The notes under the pieces are model-generated. The model saw only the letters and a list, made by a program, of their open reading frames with translations, did not search any database and was not told the origin of the DNA. Position numbers and translations under genes: made by a program. 64,000 bases of DNA from Cyanophora paradoxa CCMP329. Lineage: Eukaryota; Plantae; Glaucophyta. Shown piece after piece: positions 1-11,100 of the stretch (position 1 is its first letter; every line of letters begins with the position of its first letter). The stretch covers positions 1-64,000 of the forward strand of contig QPMI01000263.1 of assembly GCA_004431415.1 (NCBI GenBank), given 5' to 3'.

Positions 1-3000
1 CTCGAGCTCCGCTCCAGCGGCCCCCGCTCGTGGGCGCCTCCCGCGGCGCCGCGGCCGGCGCCGGCCGCGAGGGGGCACAGAGGCGAAAGGCGGCGCACAT
101 TCTGCGGCGGGGTCCGGGTCGAACCCCGACGGGACTGTTTCGGGGGTACGCGCACGGCGAGGAGGGCGACGTTTTCCGGCGGCGATGTACGCGAAGGGCT
201 CGCCCTCGGGGCAGGTCGAGGGAGTCTGCACGGGGGTACGTGATCCAGGGAGGGGGGGGTATGTGGATCCGAAACGCGGCCCGGCGCGGGAGGTCGGAGG
301 GGAGGAGGGCAAGATCGGCCGCTTGTTGAGCTCCGCGAGCTGCGGAGGGGGGTACGCGAGGGTACGGAGGGTGGGGGGGGGTACGCGGACCTGGAGGCGA
401 TCGCGGAGGAGGGGGTCCCGATGGAGGCGGGGAGAGGAGGGTACAAAGGCCGCAGCGAACCTGCGCGGCGTCGGCGGCGGGGAGGGGGGAGGGAGGGGGA
501 GGGGGGAGGGGGGGGAGGGGGGGGGGGGGGGGGCGGCGGGCGGGACGTGCGCGCACTGCGGCGCGGGCGCCGAGGTCCGAGCCGGAGGGGCAGCGGACGG
601 GTCGTTGGAGCCCTGAGGGAGGTCGGCGCGAGCGAGCGGCTAGAGGCACAGGAGAGGGGCGTGGCTATATATAGGCACCGAGCACTCGGTCCAGCATCGG
701 ACGCGGCGGCGCGCGAGGGCGCGCACGACCCGCGCCGCGCCCCCGCGTCCTGGAGACGTCGACGTCAGGGCTAGGGGGTACGGGCATGTGTGTGCGCGCG
801 CACGCGGGGAGCACCAGAGGAAGAGGAAAGGGCCGCTCGTCGACTCCACGTCGCACTACGTATACATTGGCATCGAAGGAGAAGAAAGATGGCGGAAATT
901 CGAAGTTGAGGGCCCGGGCGGGAGCCGAACCGGGACTCGGGGAGAGCGGAGAGCGCCGCGGGGCGGCGGCCGAGCGGCGGCGGCGGGCGTCGTCGGCCCC
1001 GGCCGCAGCCACGGACCTGCGCCCGAATCGAATCGAATCAAATCGCGAGAGCAAAAGATCGAGGGAGCAGATCAAATTGAATTCAAAGCGCGCGGGCCTT
1101 CTGGCGACGGTGAGGGAAGGAGGCGAGGCCGGCCTCCAGCAGCGCCCCGCTCGTGAAGTCCGCTGCGCGCGGGGCCTTCTGTGAGGGGCCCGGAGGCGGA
1201 GAGAAGAGAAGGGAAGGGCCGCCGGGCTAGGTCTGGCCAGGTTTTGATCTCGCTTTAGGTGAAAGAGAGAGGAGCGATTTGTAAGGGCTTTTTTACGCCA
1301 GGCCTAGAGGCGAAGACAATGAGGGCGGTCGAGGTCTACTAGGCTAGGTCAAGATAAAGGCGGTCTAGGTCTAGAAGGCGGTTTAGGTCTGGCTCTGGAT
1401 CTCGCGGCGCACCGAACTGCTGCTTGAGGAGAAGCCCTGCATCTCATCGTCGAGCTCGGACCGCTCCCGCCACACCGGAACACCGCCCTGGGGGGAATGA
1501 GGAGGGCGGTGGGCGGGTGGGGAGGGGGAGGGGGGCGGCGCGCCTGCCGAGGCGCGGGCGGCGGCGAGCTCCGAGCGGCAGCGCTCGGAGAGCAGGCGGC
1601 GGGGATACCGCGAAGACCACCGCGCTCGCTCGCTTCAGGAAGTCGAGCGGCTAAAAATAGGGACGGTTAGAGGGGACTCGGAGCTGGGGGGGGGGGGGGG
1701 GGCGAAGGTCTGGGCTGACCGAGGCGGGTGCCCCCTCGGCGCCCGCCGGCGCCTCCTCGTCCTCCCGTGCGAGGCACTGCGCCCCGGCGCGGCCCAAAGC
1801 CCGACGTCAAAAGGCGTAATAGAAGGCCTAATAGGCCTAATTTAATAGAAGAAACTAAAGGCCTAATAGAAGAAGCTAGAGGAACACGCGCCGTCACGTG
1901 GGCCGCCTCCAGGCCCTCCCGCAGGCGCGCCGCGAAGGCCGCCTCGCCCTCACCATCCCCGCAGCTGCCCGCGCGCGCTCAGGGAGGGGTACAGGCCTAG
2001 GGAGCACGGGGGCCGGGGGGGTACAGGGTACCAGATGTAGACGTCGCAGAGGCGCGACGCGCGCTTGAGGACCGCGAGAAATGCCACGTCGCGGTGGGCC
2101 TGGGTACAGGAATTCGAAATCGCGGGGGGTACACGGGAACGCAGGAGGCGCGACCTGCAGGACGGTCTGACGGTCGGCGCCCTCGCCCACCCCGCGGCCC
2201 GCGTCGGCCCCTGCGCATGCGCATCGGAATCGATTCGAAATCGAATGTGCAAGCGAGGCGCGAGGGCGGCGCGTTTGCGTACCCCTGGCGATGAGGGCCG
2301 TGCAGACGTCGAGCATCTCGGGCCCGAAGGCGACGGCGTGGTGGAGCGGGGTGCGCCCCTCCCCGTCCGCCTCGCTGGGCCGGGTTGAGCGGGGACCCGG
2401 GGGCGCCAGGGCGGCGGGGCGGACTCGAGGGCGGGGGCGGGGGCGGCGCGCGCGAGGCGGAGGGCCGTCAGGCGGAAGCCCAGGCGGCACGCCTGCGCGG
2501 GGCCGGAAGTGAGAGCGAGGCAAACAGGGAGAGCGGAGGAGCGCGCCTCGCGGAGGGCGAGCGACTCGTCCTTGGGGTCCACATCCGCCCCTCCCTTCTC
2601 GCGCGCCTCCTCCACCCGCCGGTACGCCCGCCACAGCGCCTCCGCCGCCTGCGGAGGCGCGCGCGCGCGCGTGAGCGAGCGCGAGCCGGCCCTTATCTAA
2701 TTTAAAATTGAAGGCGGGACGGACGGCGGGGATGGTGACTTGGGCGATGTGCGGGTCGAGGCGCTCCTCGACGGGTACGCCTCGCTTAGGGCGAGGTCCA
2801 GCCCATCCTGCGGGCGGGCGGCCGCAGGCGGTTCAACAGTTCGCATGGCTTCGATTCGAGCGGGGCTCTAGATCTGGCATGATTTAGACGGGCGGGCGGG
2901 CGCGCCGGAGGAACGGGGGCAGGGTCGGGCCGTTCTGACGTCCGTCCTCCGCAGAGAGAGCCCTCGATGATCTGGAAGTTGATCGCCTCGGTGATCCTGC

Positions 3001-6000
3001 GGCGCGCCAGTGGGCGGGCGCCGCCGCGGGGCGGGATCATAGGGGCGAGGGGCGCACGCTTTGGCGCGCTCGGCGCGCTCCCGGCGCCGCGAGGGGGGCG
3101 GCCCCCGCGCCGCGCGCAGGCCTCGACCTCCTTCTCCAGCAGCCACCTTCGCGATCGCGATCGCGATCGTGTCAGTTACTAACGGCCGGCCTCGAGGGTC
3201 GAGAGCGGCGCGCCAGATGACGTCACGGTTGTTCATGAACTCCTGGATCCCGTTGTCCAGCCCGTCCCTGCGTCCGCATGAACTCCCAGTTCGACGTATG
3301 CGCCACCTGCGCCCAGTTTCATACGAATGCATTCATAAACAGAAAATCGGACCGGGCGGGGCGTCTACCTGGTAGAGGGGCGGCCGTGCCCCAAGAGGGC
3401 GTCCCGGCGAATTCCCAGAGGATCTGAGCGAGGTCGCGCCGGTTCGGACCGGATCTAGAGCGGGAATCGACGTGAGAACCGCGCTTGCCTTCAGCATGGG
3501 CAGCGGGCTGGGGTCCGCGCCCCGGTTCGTCTTCGTGACCAGCCGCAGGGCGAGCTCGGGAACCCGGTGACGAACTCGGCCATCTTTCGAGAGCGTGCGT
3601 GCGCGTGAGGCAAATGAAAGGGCGGGGGGAATTCGAAGCTTTAAATTTGAGAGCCGCCGGCGCCGGCGCCGCACCGCCTCGGGCGAGGCGCGCGCGAAGA
3701 CGGCGCGGAGGAGCGGCTCGCTGCGGGAGCGGACGGCGGCGCGGAGGGCGCCGGCGTCGAGCGCGGCGCCCCGCGCGAGGAGGAGCTCGGCGAGGGGCAG
3801 GCCCAGCGGCGACTCGAGGGCCGCCTGCAGGGCCGTCCGGGGCCGGCCCTCCGGGTCCTCTTGCCCGCGGTCCACCGTCCACTCGTGCAGCCTCGCGTGC
3901 ACGGCGCTGCCCCACGCGTCCGAGGACGGCACGCGCTCGAGGAGGTAGCCGGCCAGCGTCCAGACGTTCCCACGGCCGGGTCCTCGTCGGGCGGCGCCCC
4001 GGCGTCCAGCAGCAGGCGCGCCATCTCCAGCGTGCTGCGTCGGTCCTCAAGTCAGCCTCAAGCTTGAAGGGGCCCACAGGCACGCACTAGGCGACCATCT
4101 CTTCGTCGGGGGCTCCCCCTGCAGCGGCCGCTCGAAAGGGTATGGCTGCGACTGCAGGGGCCACGGGCGCGGCCGGCGCGCACGAGTCGGGCCGCGGCTC
4201 ATGGTGGCCGCGCCGGAGGCACATGGCGGCCGCGAAGAGGGCGGCCACTCCTCCGGGCGCTCCGCCGGGCCCAGGTTCAAGGGGACGTAGGAGGGGCAGA
4301 CGCCGAGTTCCAGGGCGAGCCTGCAAACGTCGGCGGCTCAGCTGCGTATACAAGACGGGGCCGGCACCGGGCTCAAGCTTAAGCTCAGCACCTGACGAAG
4401 GCGGGGGAGCGGAGGAGGACGGCGACGGCGACGGCGGCGGTGGCGTGGGCGGTCCGCGGCAATGGAATGCCCGTCTCTTTGAGCGCCCTGGAACAAGGGC
4501 GCGGTTCAGGGCGAAAGCTGAAGGTGCGCGGCACCAAAATCAAAGCTGATCATGAACGCACCGCAGGAATTCGACGCCCTCGGCGCCGCGGGTGACTGCC
4601 TTGGCGAGGCAGCTCGTGCGGGCGCTCTGGTCGACGCCGCGCCGCGTGGCGTTGTCCTCCGCGAAGGCGTCCGCCCCGCGGCCAGCAGCAGCCGCGCCGC
4701 GGCGGCCACGAGGGCCGGGGCCTGCGACGCCCGCCCCACCGGCGAGTCCAGGACCTGGTAAGGCAGCTCTGCTGGTCGACAGTCTTTGGAGGGCGCGCGG
4801 GTCGGGCGGCGGGAGGGATCCGGAGGGCAGCCTGGCGAGGAGGGCCGCAGGGTGGGCAGGCTGCGGCGGAGCGCGGCGGCCTGCAGCGGCGAGCGGCACT
4901 TCTCGTACTGGCTGCCCTTCGACAGAGGCCACGCCACCGCGCTGGGTTGGCGGGGTCGGCGCCAAGCGCCAGGAGCGCGCGGGCCGCGGCGACGTGCCCG
5001 CGGGAGGCCGCCAGCCCGAGGGCCGAGCTGACCTTGGGCTGCGCCCCCTTCCCCCGCGGCCGCTCCACCGGCGCGCCGTGCCGCGCGAGGAGGCGGACGA
5101 GGGGGGCGGAGCCCGCCGCCGCCGCCAGCTCGAGGGCCGAGAGCACCCCCCGGGTCTCGGCCACCTGCTTCTCCAGCTGGGGCTGGGCGTCCAGGAGGGC
5201 GGCGAGGGCGAAGGGCGGGTCGAGCGCGGCCTCCACCCAGAACCGCGAGAGCCGCTCGTCGGCCTTGGCGCCCGCCTCGAGCAGCAGCGCCGCGCATTCG
5301 TAGTGGCCCCACGCGCACGCCGCCACGAGGGGAGTCTGCGATCGCGACCCGTCGGCTTCGGCCTCGGCCGGCGGTGCGGCAGGGATCCGGAGCGCGGGGA
5401 ATCAACCTACCATGAGGAGTACCGTCTCGCGCTTGCCGGAGTCGGACACTTCGACGTCGCCGACCATCGCGGAGGCGGGCGCGCCCCTCGCGAGCAGCAG
5501 CCTGCGCAGGCTCACGTTGGAATGCGCGGGACCGGGGCCGGGGCCGGGGCCGAGGCGGGGCGCGCGGGGCGGACCGGAGGCAGTCGGCGGCGCCGGCGCG
5601 GGCGGCGAGGGCGAGGCAGACGTCCAAAAGGCCGGCGGGCGGCGCGGGCAGCGCTCCAGCAGCATTTCCTGCAGGGGGAGGGGCGCGTGCAAACGTGAGG
5701 ACAAGGCACAAGGGACGAGGGGGGGGGGGGGGGGGGGGGAGGGAGGGGGGGGGTGAGGGGGGAGGAGGGGGGGAGGGAGGGGGGAGGGAAGGAAGGGGGG
5801 GAAGGGGGAGGGGGTACCAGGACGGCGGCGTGGCCGGCGGCGGCGGCGATCTCGAGGGGGCTGGCGAGGGCGCCGCGGCGGGCCTCGGGGGGCGACGGGC
5901 AGCGCTCGAGGAGCAGGGCGACGACGGGGGCGCGCCCCTCCAGCGCCGCGTACTGCAGCGCCGAGAACTGCGCGAGGCGGCCCTGCGGCGCCGGCTCGGA

Positions 6001-7778
6001 TCCGGCGGGAGGCGCTTTTCGGGTTCGGGGAAATCGAAGCTCACCTGGAGGTCCGCCCCGTCGCATCCCTGGCGCGCCGCGCCGTCAGCCGCCGCGCCGC
6101 CGGCCCGGTTCCCGTTATCTTTAACGTTCTAGATCTAGCCCCGCCCCCCGCACCTGGTCGAGGAGGAGGGCGACCGTCTCGACGCTGCCGGCCGCCGCCG
6201 CCGCCTCCAGCGCCCGCACCGCCACCTGTGGGGGCCCTCGGATCGAGTTCGAAGAAGGGGGAATCCGAGGGCCTCGCCCCGCGCGCGCCTCCCTGGATTC
6301 GCCGCCCTTCCCGGCCGCGAGCCCCTCCCAGTCGACCTCCTCGGGGTCCGAGCCGAAGGCCTTGAAGTACGGATCGGACAGGCGCGGGGCGGCGCGGCGC
6401 AGCGGGACGCGGGCGGCGCAGGGCGCGTCCAGTCGCGCGCCGGCCTCGAGCAGCGCCCGCGTGGCGGCGACGTGGCCGCCGGCGGCGGCGGAGAAGAGCG
6501 GCGCCCGCTGCTCGCCGTCCGCGTCGGCCCTCGCGCCGCACCCAAGGAGGTACCTGCGGGACCGTTTTGCAATTGAGGGAAGGGCGGTAGACGAATTCCA
6601 AGGGGGGTACGCCCCGCACCGGACGGAGTCGACGTCGCCCCTCGCGGCGGCCAGCACGAGGGGGCGCTGGGCGTCTCGCCAGGGGAGCTTGGCCGCGCGG
6701 CGGGCGGCGGGCAGGCCCTTTCCCTCCAAGAACCTGAGCGGCGGCTCTGAGCGGCGGCGCGCGCGGCCGGCGGCGCGCGGCGCGCGGCCCGCGGCGCACC
6801 GTACGGCGCGCTCGTGGGAGAGAAGGGCGGCGCAGGGGAGGTCGAGCAGGGCGGCGCCCGGCAGCGCCGCGCCGCGCTCCGCCAGCGCGAGGAACGCCTC
6901 CACGTGCCCCGCCTGGGCCGCCGCCAGCAGGGGGTCCGGCCCCGCCCGTCCAGCGCCTGGCGGGGCGGGGGGGTGAGGGGGCGGGGGTACATGCGTACAT
7001 GCACGGCGATGCGTGGCGGGGGCGGGGGGGGCGGGGGGGGGGGGGGGGGGGCGGGCACCTCGATGTCAGCGCCGAGGTCGAGAAGGAGGCGAGCGACGTC
7101 GGCGTGCCCCGCGGCGGCGGCGGCGTGCAGCGGGGAGGGGAGCGGCGCCCACGCCCCGTCGCGGTACCCGTCCAGCGGGGCCCCCAGCTCGCGCAGGGCC
7201 CGCACGGCCGCCGCGTGGCCGCGCCCCGCGGCGAGGCAGATGGGGATCCGCGGGGTTGGGGGCGGGGCGGCATCTCTGCCGCCGCCCCTCCGCGCAGCCG
7301 CATCCGCAGGGGCTTTGGGGGCCGCAAACTCCAGCTCGGCCAGGCCTAGGTCCAGCCCTGCGGCGGCGAGGGCCCTGCGGCGGCGCCCGCGCCGAAGTAA
7401 GAGCCGGAATCGAATCCGAATTCGAAGGTTTCTGGCCGCAGCGCGAGCGCACCTTAGCACCTCCACCGCGCCGGCCTCCGCGGCGGCGCAGGCGGCGGCG
7501 GAGAGCGACGCTGCGGATCTAGCTGCGCCGTCGCCCGCGCTCGCCAGGATCTCCCTGCAATCGTGGATTCGCGTTTACTTGCGCGCTGCACGTGCGGCGC
7601 GGCTGGCGAGCGCAGACCTGACTCGCGCCGCGTCGCCCGCCGCCGCCGTGTGCGCGAGGGGGCTTCGCGGGCTCTGCCGCCCGTCCGCCGGGGCCTCTGC
7701 GAGCTCCTCATCCGGTGCGTAATCGGACGGGTCGTAGTCCGGCGTGCCAGCTGCTGCGCATGCAGCCGCGGCCGCCAT
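1..7778 (-). CDS. Ankyrin-repeat protein with two divergent C-terminal TIR-like domains (paralog A); multi-exon, 3' end runs off the window start
   Basis: Start at 7778 (gccATGg). Ankyrin exons include PSPLHAAAAAGHADVARLLLDLGAD (~7060-7140), APLFSAAAGGHVAATRALLEAGA, SALQYAALEGRAPVVALLLE, ACAWGHYECAALLLEAGA and EGRTPLHHAVAFG (~2320-2365). TIR-like exons: DVYIC|CGDGEGEAAFAARLREGLEAAHVT (2045-1892), LDFLKRASAVVFAVS..SERCRSEL (~1650-1565), PVWRERSELDDE, and a second unit GPFLFLWCSP..VRCWTECS..AFVP..RDRLQ. All are collinear with paralog B. Several 1-nt indels must be assumed. Confidence 0.7.
2281..2560 (-). repeat. High-identity inverted repeat copy 1 (partner 13113-13400) inside paralog A
   Basis: The reverse complement aligns closely with 13113-13400, including two introns (e.g. 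gcgcgctcctccgct...ccctgtttg...cacttcc...gcag) and exons ACRLGFRLTALRLARAAPAPAL and GRTPLHHAVAFGPEMLDVC. Confidence 0.9.
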
Positions 7779-8174
7779 GGCCGCGGGCGTCTTTCGGACG
7801 ATTGCAGGGAGCTCGAGCGGCTGTACAAGCTATTTGTCCGCAACTCCTGTAGACTCGTCTGCTGCTGCTGCTGCTAGCGCTGCTGCTGCTGGCTCTAACT
7901 GCCGCGCTGCTGCCGCCGGCGCCTTTGATCAGAAGGCCGGTGAGCTTGAGCTAAGCTCAAGGCAGGGCCGATTAAGCTTTGAGGCTTGTAATCAAGCCAC
8001 ATTCAACAAGCTCAAGCTCGAGCTCGAGCTCGAGCTCATAGCTCTAAGCCACGACGGCTTGCGCCACCGGTACCTCGTTATTTCGCTGGATAAGGCAAAG
8101 GCTCCCTGCCGAGAGAAAAGGAGCGCGAGCGCGACCGGGTCGCACGTCGCGGCGCAGACGCGGTTCAGCGCGCC
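7779..8174. promoter_or_regulatory. Putative bidirectional promoter / 5' UTRs between the two ankyrin-TIR paralogs
   Basis: 396 bp between divergent ATGs (7778 minus, 8175 plus); lower GC, with (GCT)n and (GAGCTC)n tracts. Confidence 0.5.
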
Positions 8175-11100
8175 ATGGCGCCGGCCGCGGCCGCGGCCGT
8201 CGACACGCGAGACGCCGTCCAGGCAGCGATTCGGGGCGACGAGGAGGCAGTATGGTGCGGCCGCAACTAGCTCTGGAACGGCCTCGTTCTGATGACCTCG
8301 GCGCAGGCGGCTCCTGGGCCAGCTAGCGCTGCAGCCCGACGCCGCCGCTGCCGCCGCGGTCGAAATCGCTTCAACTGCGCATGCCGGCCGATCTAAATCT
8401 GCAGCTCCTCCCGGCGATGAGGACGGGAAGAAAGGTGATGTGCTGGCGGCGGCGGCGCGCTTCTGCGGTCTTCCGCTGGTCGAGTGCGCCCGCGCCCGAC
8501 CCGGCCCTGGGCCCGCGGCCGCCGTCGACGTCTCAGCGCGCCGCGCGCGAGCTCGCACCGATGTTCCGCGGCGCAGGCACATCCTGGAGACGGTGCCGGG
8601 GCTGCAGGAGCCGCAGCTGCAGCGCGCGGCGTGTGCGGCGGCGGAGGGCGGGCGCGTGGAGGCGCTGAAGCGACTGCTGGCGGCCCTCGACGAGCGGCGG
8701 GCCGCCGCGGCCGCGGCCGGGCAGCGGCCGCAGCGCACCCCGGTCGACGCCGCGCGGGAGTACCCGCACGTGCTCTTCTACGCCGCCCTAGGCGGCTCCC
8801 TCCCCGTCCTGCAGTCCGCCCGCTCCGGCCTCGAATTCCCTAGGCCTAGGCCTAGGCCTACTGCCGCCTCAGCTCTAGCGCCGCGCAGGTACTTGCTGGA
8901 GGAGCGCGGCGCGGCGCGCTGGAGGCACGTCCCGATCAAGGCGGACCCGGCCGCCGTCGACGTCCGAGCCGTCCTCTCCCCCCCGACTGCTTCGTCGAGG
9001 CCCTCGCGACCGGCCGCGGGTGCCCGCCCGCCCGCCCGCCCGCCTGCCCGCCCGCCCGCGAGCCGGCGAGCCCGCCGGCCGGCATCCACCCCAACGCGCG
9101 GCGCGCGCGCGCAGGGGGCCGCTGTCGGACGCGGTGGAGAGGGCGGCGCGGGAGGCGCACGGGGAGAACGGGCCCCTCGTCGCCGCCGCCTGGCGCGGCC
9201 ACGCGGACGCCCTCCGGCAAGCCCTGCGCATACCCGCCGCCTTTTTTCTTCTCCGGTGATGGTGGCCGGTGCGGCGCGCAGGCTGCTGGTGGACGCGGGG
9301 CTGCGGGACAAGGGCAAGGAGGAGCAGGGGGGCCGTCGCTCGTACCTGGATATGGATCCGGAGCCTGGGCGCGACCGCGAGGCAGCCGGGGCCTTCGCCG
9401 CCGCCGCCATCCACGGCCGCCTCGAAGCCTGCAGGCGCGCGGGCGCGCGCGGCGCCCTCGATCTCCAGATCTCCCGGCACATCTCCGCAGGGAATTGAGC
9501 GGCCCCCGCCCCGCCCCGCCCCGCCCGCAGGCTCCTGGCCTCTCTGGAGGAAGAGAAGAACAAGCCGCGCACGGCGGGCCTGCTCTGCATCTGCGCGGCA
9601 ATCGGGCAGACGGAGTCCCTGCGGTGCGCGGCCGCGGGGCCAGCGCAAAGGCCTTGGGCCCTCCCGTTCGCCAGCGCCGCAGCTGAATTTAGACCGCGGC
9701 AGGTACCTCGTCGAGGAGGTGGGGGCCGACCCCCGCGACCGGCGGCTGCCCCCCGGCGCGTGGGACGGCGAGGGCGACCTCGCCACCGTCTGGGCCGCCC
9801 GCGCCGCCCGCGCCGACGCCCTCCGCTATCTCGCGGCCCGGGGGGTGGCCCTCGGGCCTGATCCTGAGAGCTCCAAGGCAGGCCGCCGCGTCGCCGGGCT
9901 TTCGACTTAGCTTCGATCGCGACCCGCCGCTCACAGCGCGCCGCCCGCCCGCGCGCAGGCGAGCTCGAGCTTCGACCCGTATGACCCGTTCGGGAGGAAG
10001 CCGTCGGGGGCGCTGCAGGCCGCCGCCGCCGCCGGCAGCGCCGAGTGCCTCCGCGTCGTGCGCGCGCCCTGCCCGCAGCGGCCTCTGAATATAAATACGA
10101 GGCCCACGCTGCCCTCCCAGATCGCGGAGCTCGACCCTGCCGCCTTCGCGGCGGGCAAGGACGAGGCTCTCCTGCGGGTCGCTGCCGCGCCGCCTCCCCC
10201 CGCGCCCCTCCCCGACACCCGCCTCGACGCCGTCCGGTGCTCACGGCCCCGCGCGGCCCGCGGCCGATTAAGTACACAGTATTCCAATTAATTCTTCTCC
10301 GCGCGCAGGGCGCTGCTGGAGGCGGGGGCGAGCACGGGCGACCCGGCGGCGCGGGACGCGACGAGGCCCCCCGGGGACCGCTGCCTGCGGACGCCCCTCC
10401 ACGCCGCCCTCGCGGTCGGCAGCTTTTCTTCGCGGGAGGCCGTCCTGCGCGGATACGGACAGGCGGTGCGGCGAGCGCGCCTGCCTTGATAAGATTTATC
10501 GGCCTAGAGCGCGACTGCCCCTCGAGTTCCGCCCTCGCCCCCCCCCCCCCCGGCCCCCGCCCCCCCCCCCCTGCCTCCCCCCCCCCTGCCTCCCCCCCTT
10601 CTGAATTCCCTTCGACTTACCCTCCCCTACCCCCGGGCCCCGTCCCCCCTCCCCCCGGCCCGAATCCCCTTTGAATGACCCTCCCCTCCCCTCCCCTCCC
10701 TCCCCCCCCCCCCTAATCCCCACGAATCTCTTCGAGATACCCTCCCCTCCCCCGATCCCCCGTTTCTCTCTTCCCTACGGCGCTAGCGTCCCCCCCTGCG
10801 CCCCCTTCCCCCCCCTCCGCCCCTCTTTCCCCCCCCCCCTCCCCTTGAATAGCCCTCTCCTCTCCCAATGACCGCCCCCCCTCTCCTTTGAATAGCCCTC
10901 TCCTCTCCCAATGCCCCCCCCTCCCCCCCCCCCCCACCCCCCGTTCCTCTCGTCCCTGCACCAAGCTGCAGTCCCCCCACCACCGCATCCCCACCCTCTC
11001 ACGCCCCCACCCCGCATCTCGCAGGCACCGAAGCCGGTATTGGAGCCCCACCCCGGCGTCGTCAGGTCGGGCCCCCCGTCACGGCGTCCTCGCAATGCTA

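Noticed and set aside
10500-10960. Long C-rich tract with a ~43-nt duplication as a distinct element
   Set aside because: Low-complexity intronic expansion inside paralog B; homopolymer lengths are unreliable.
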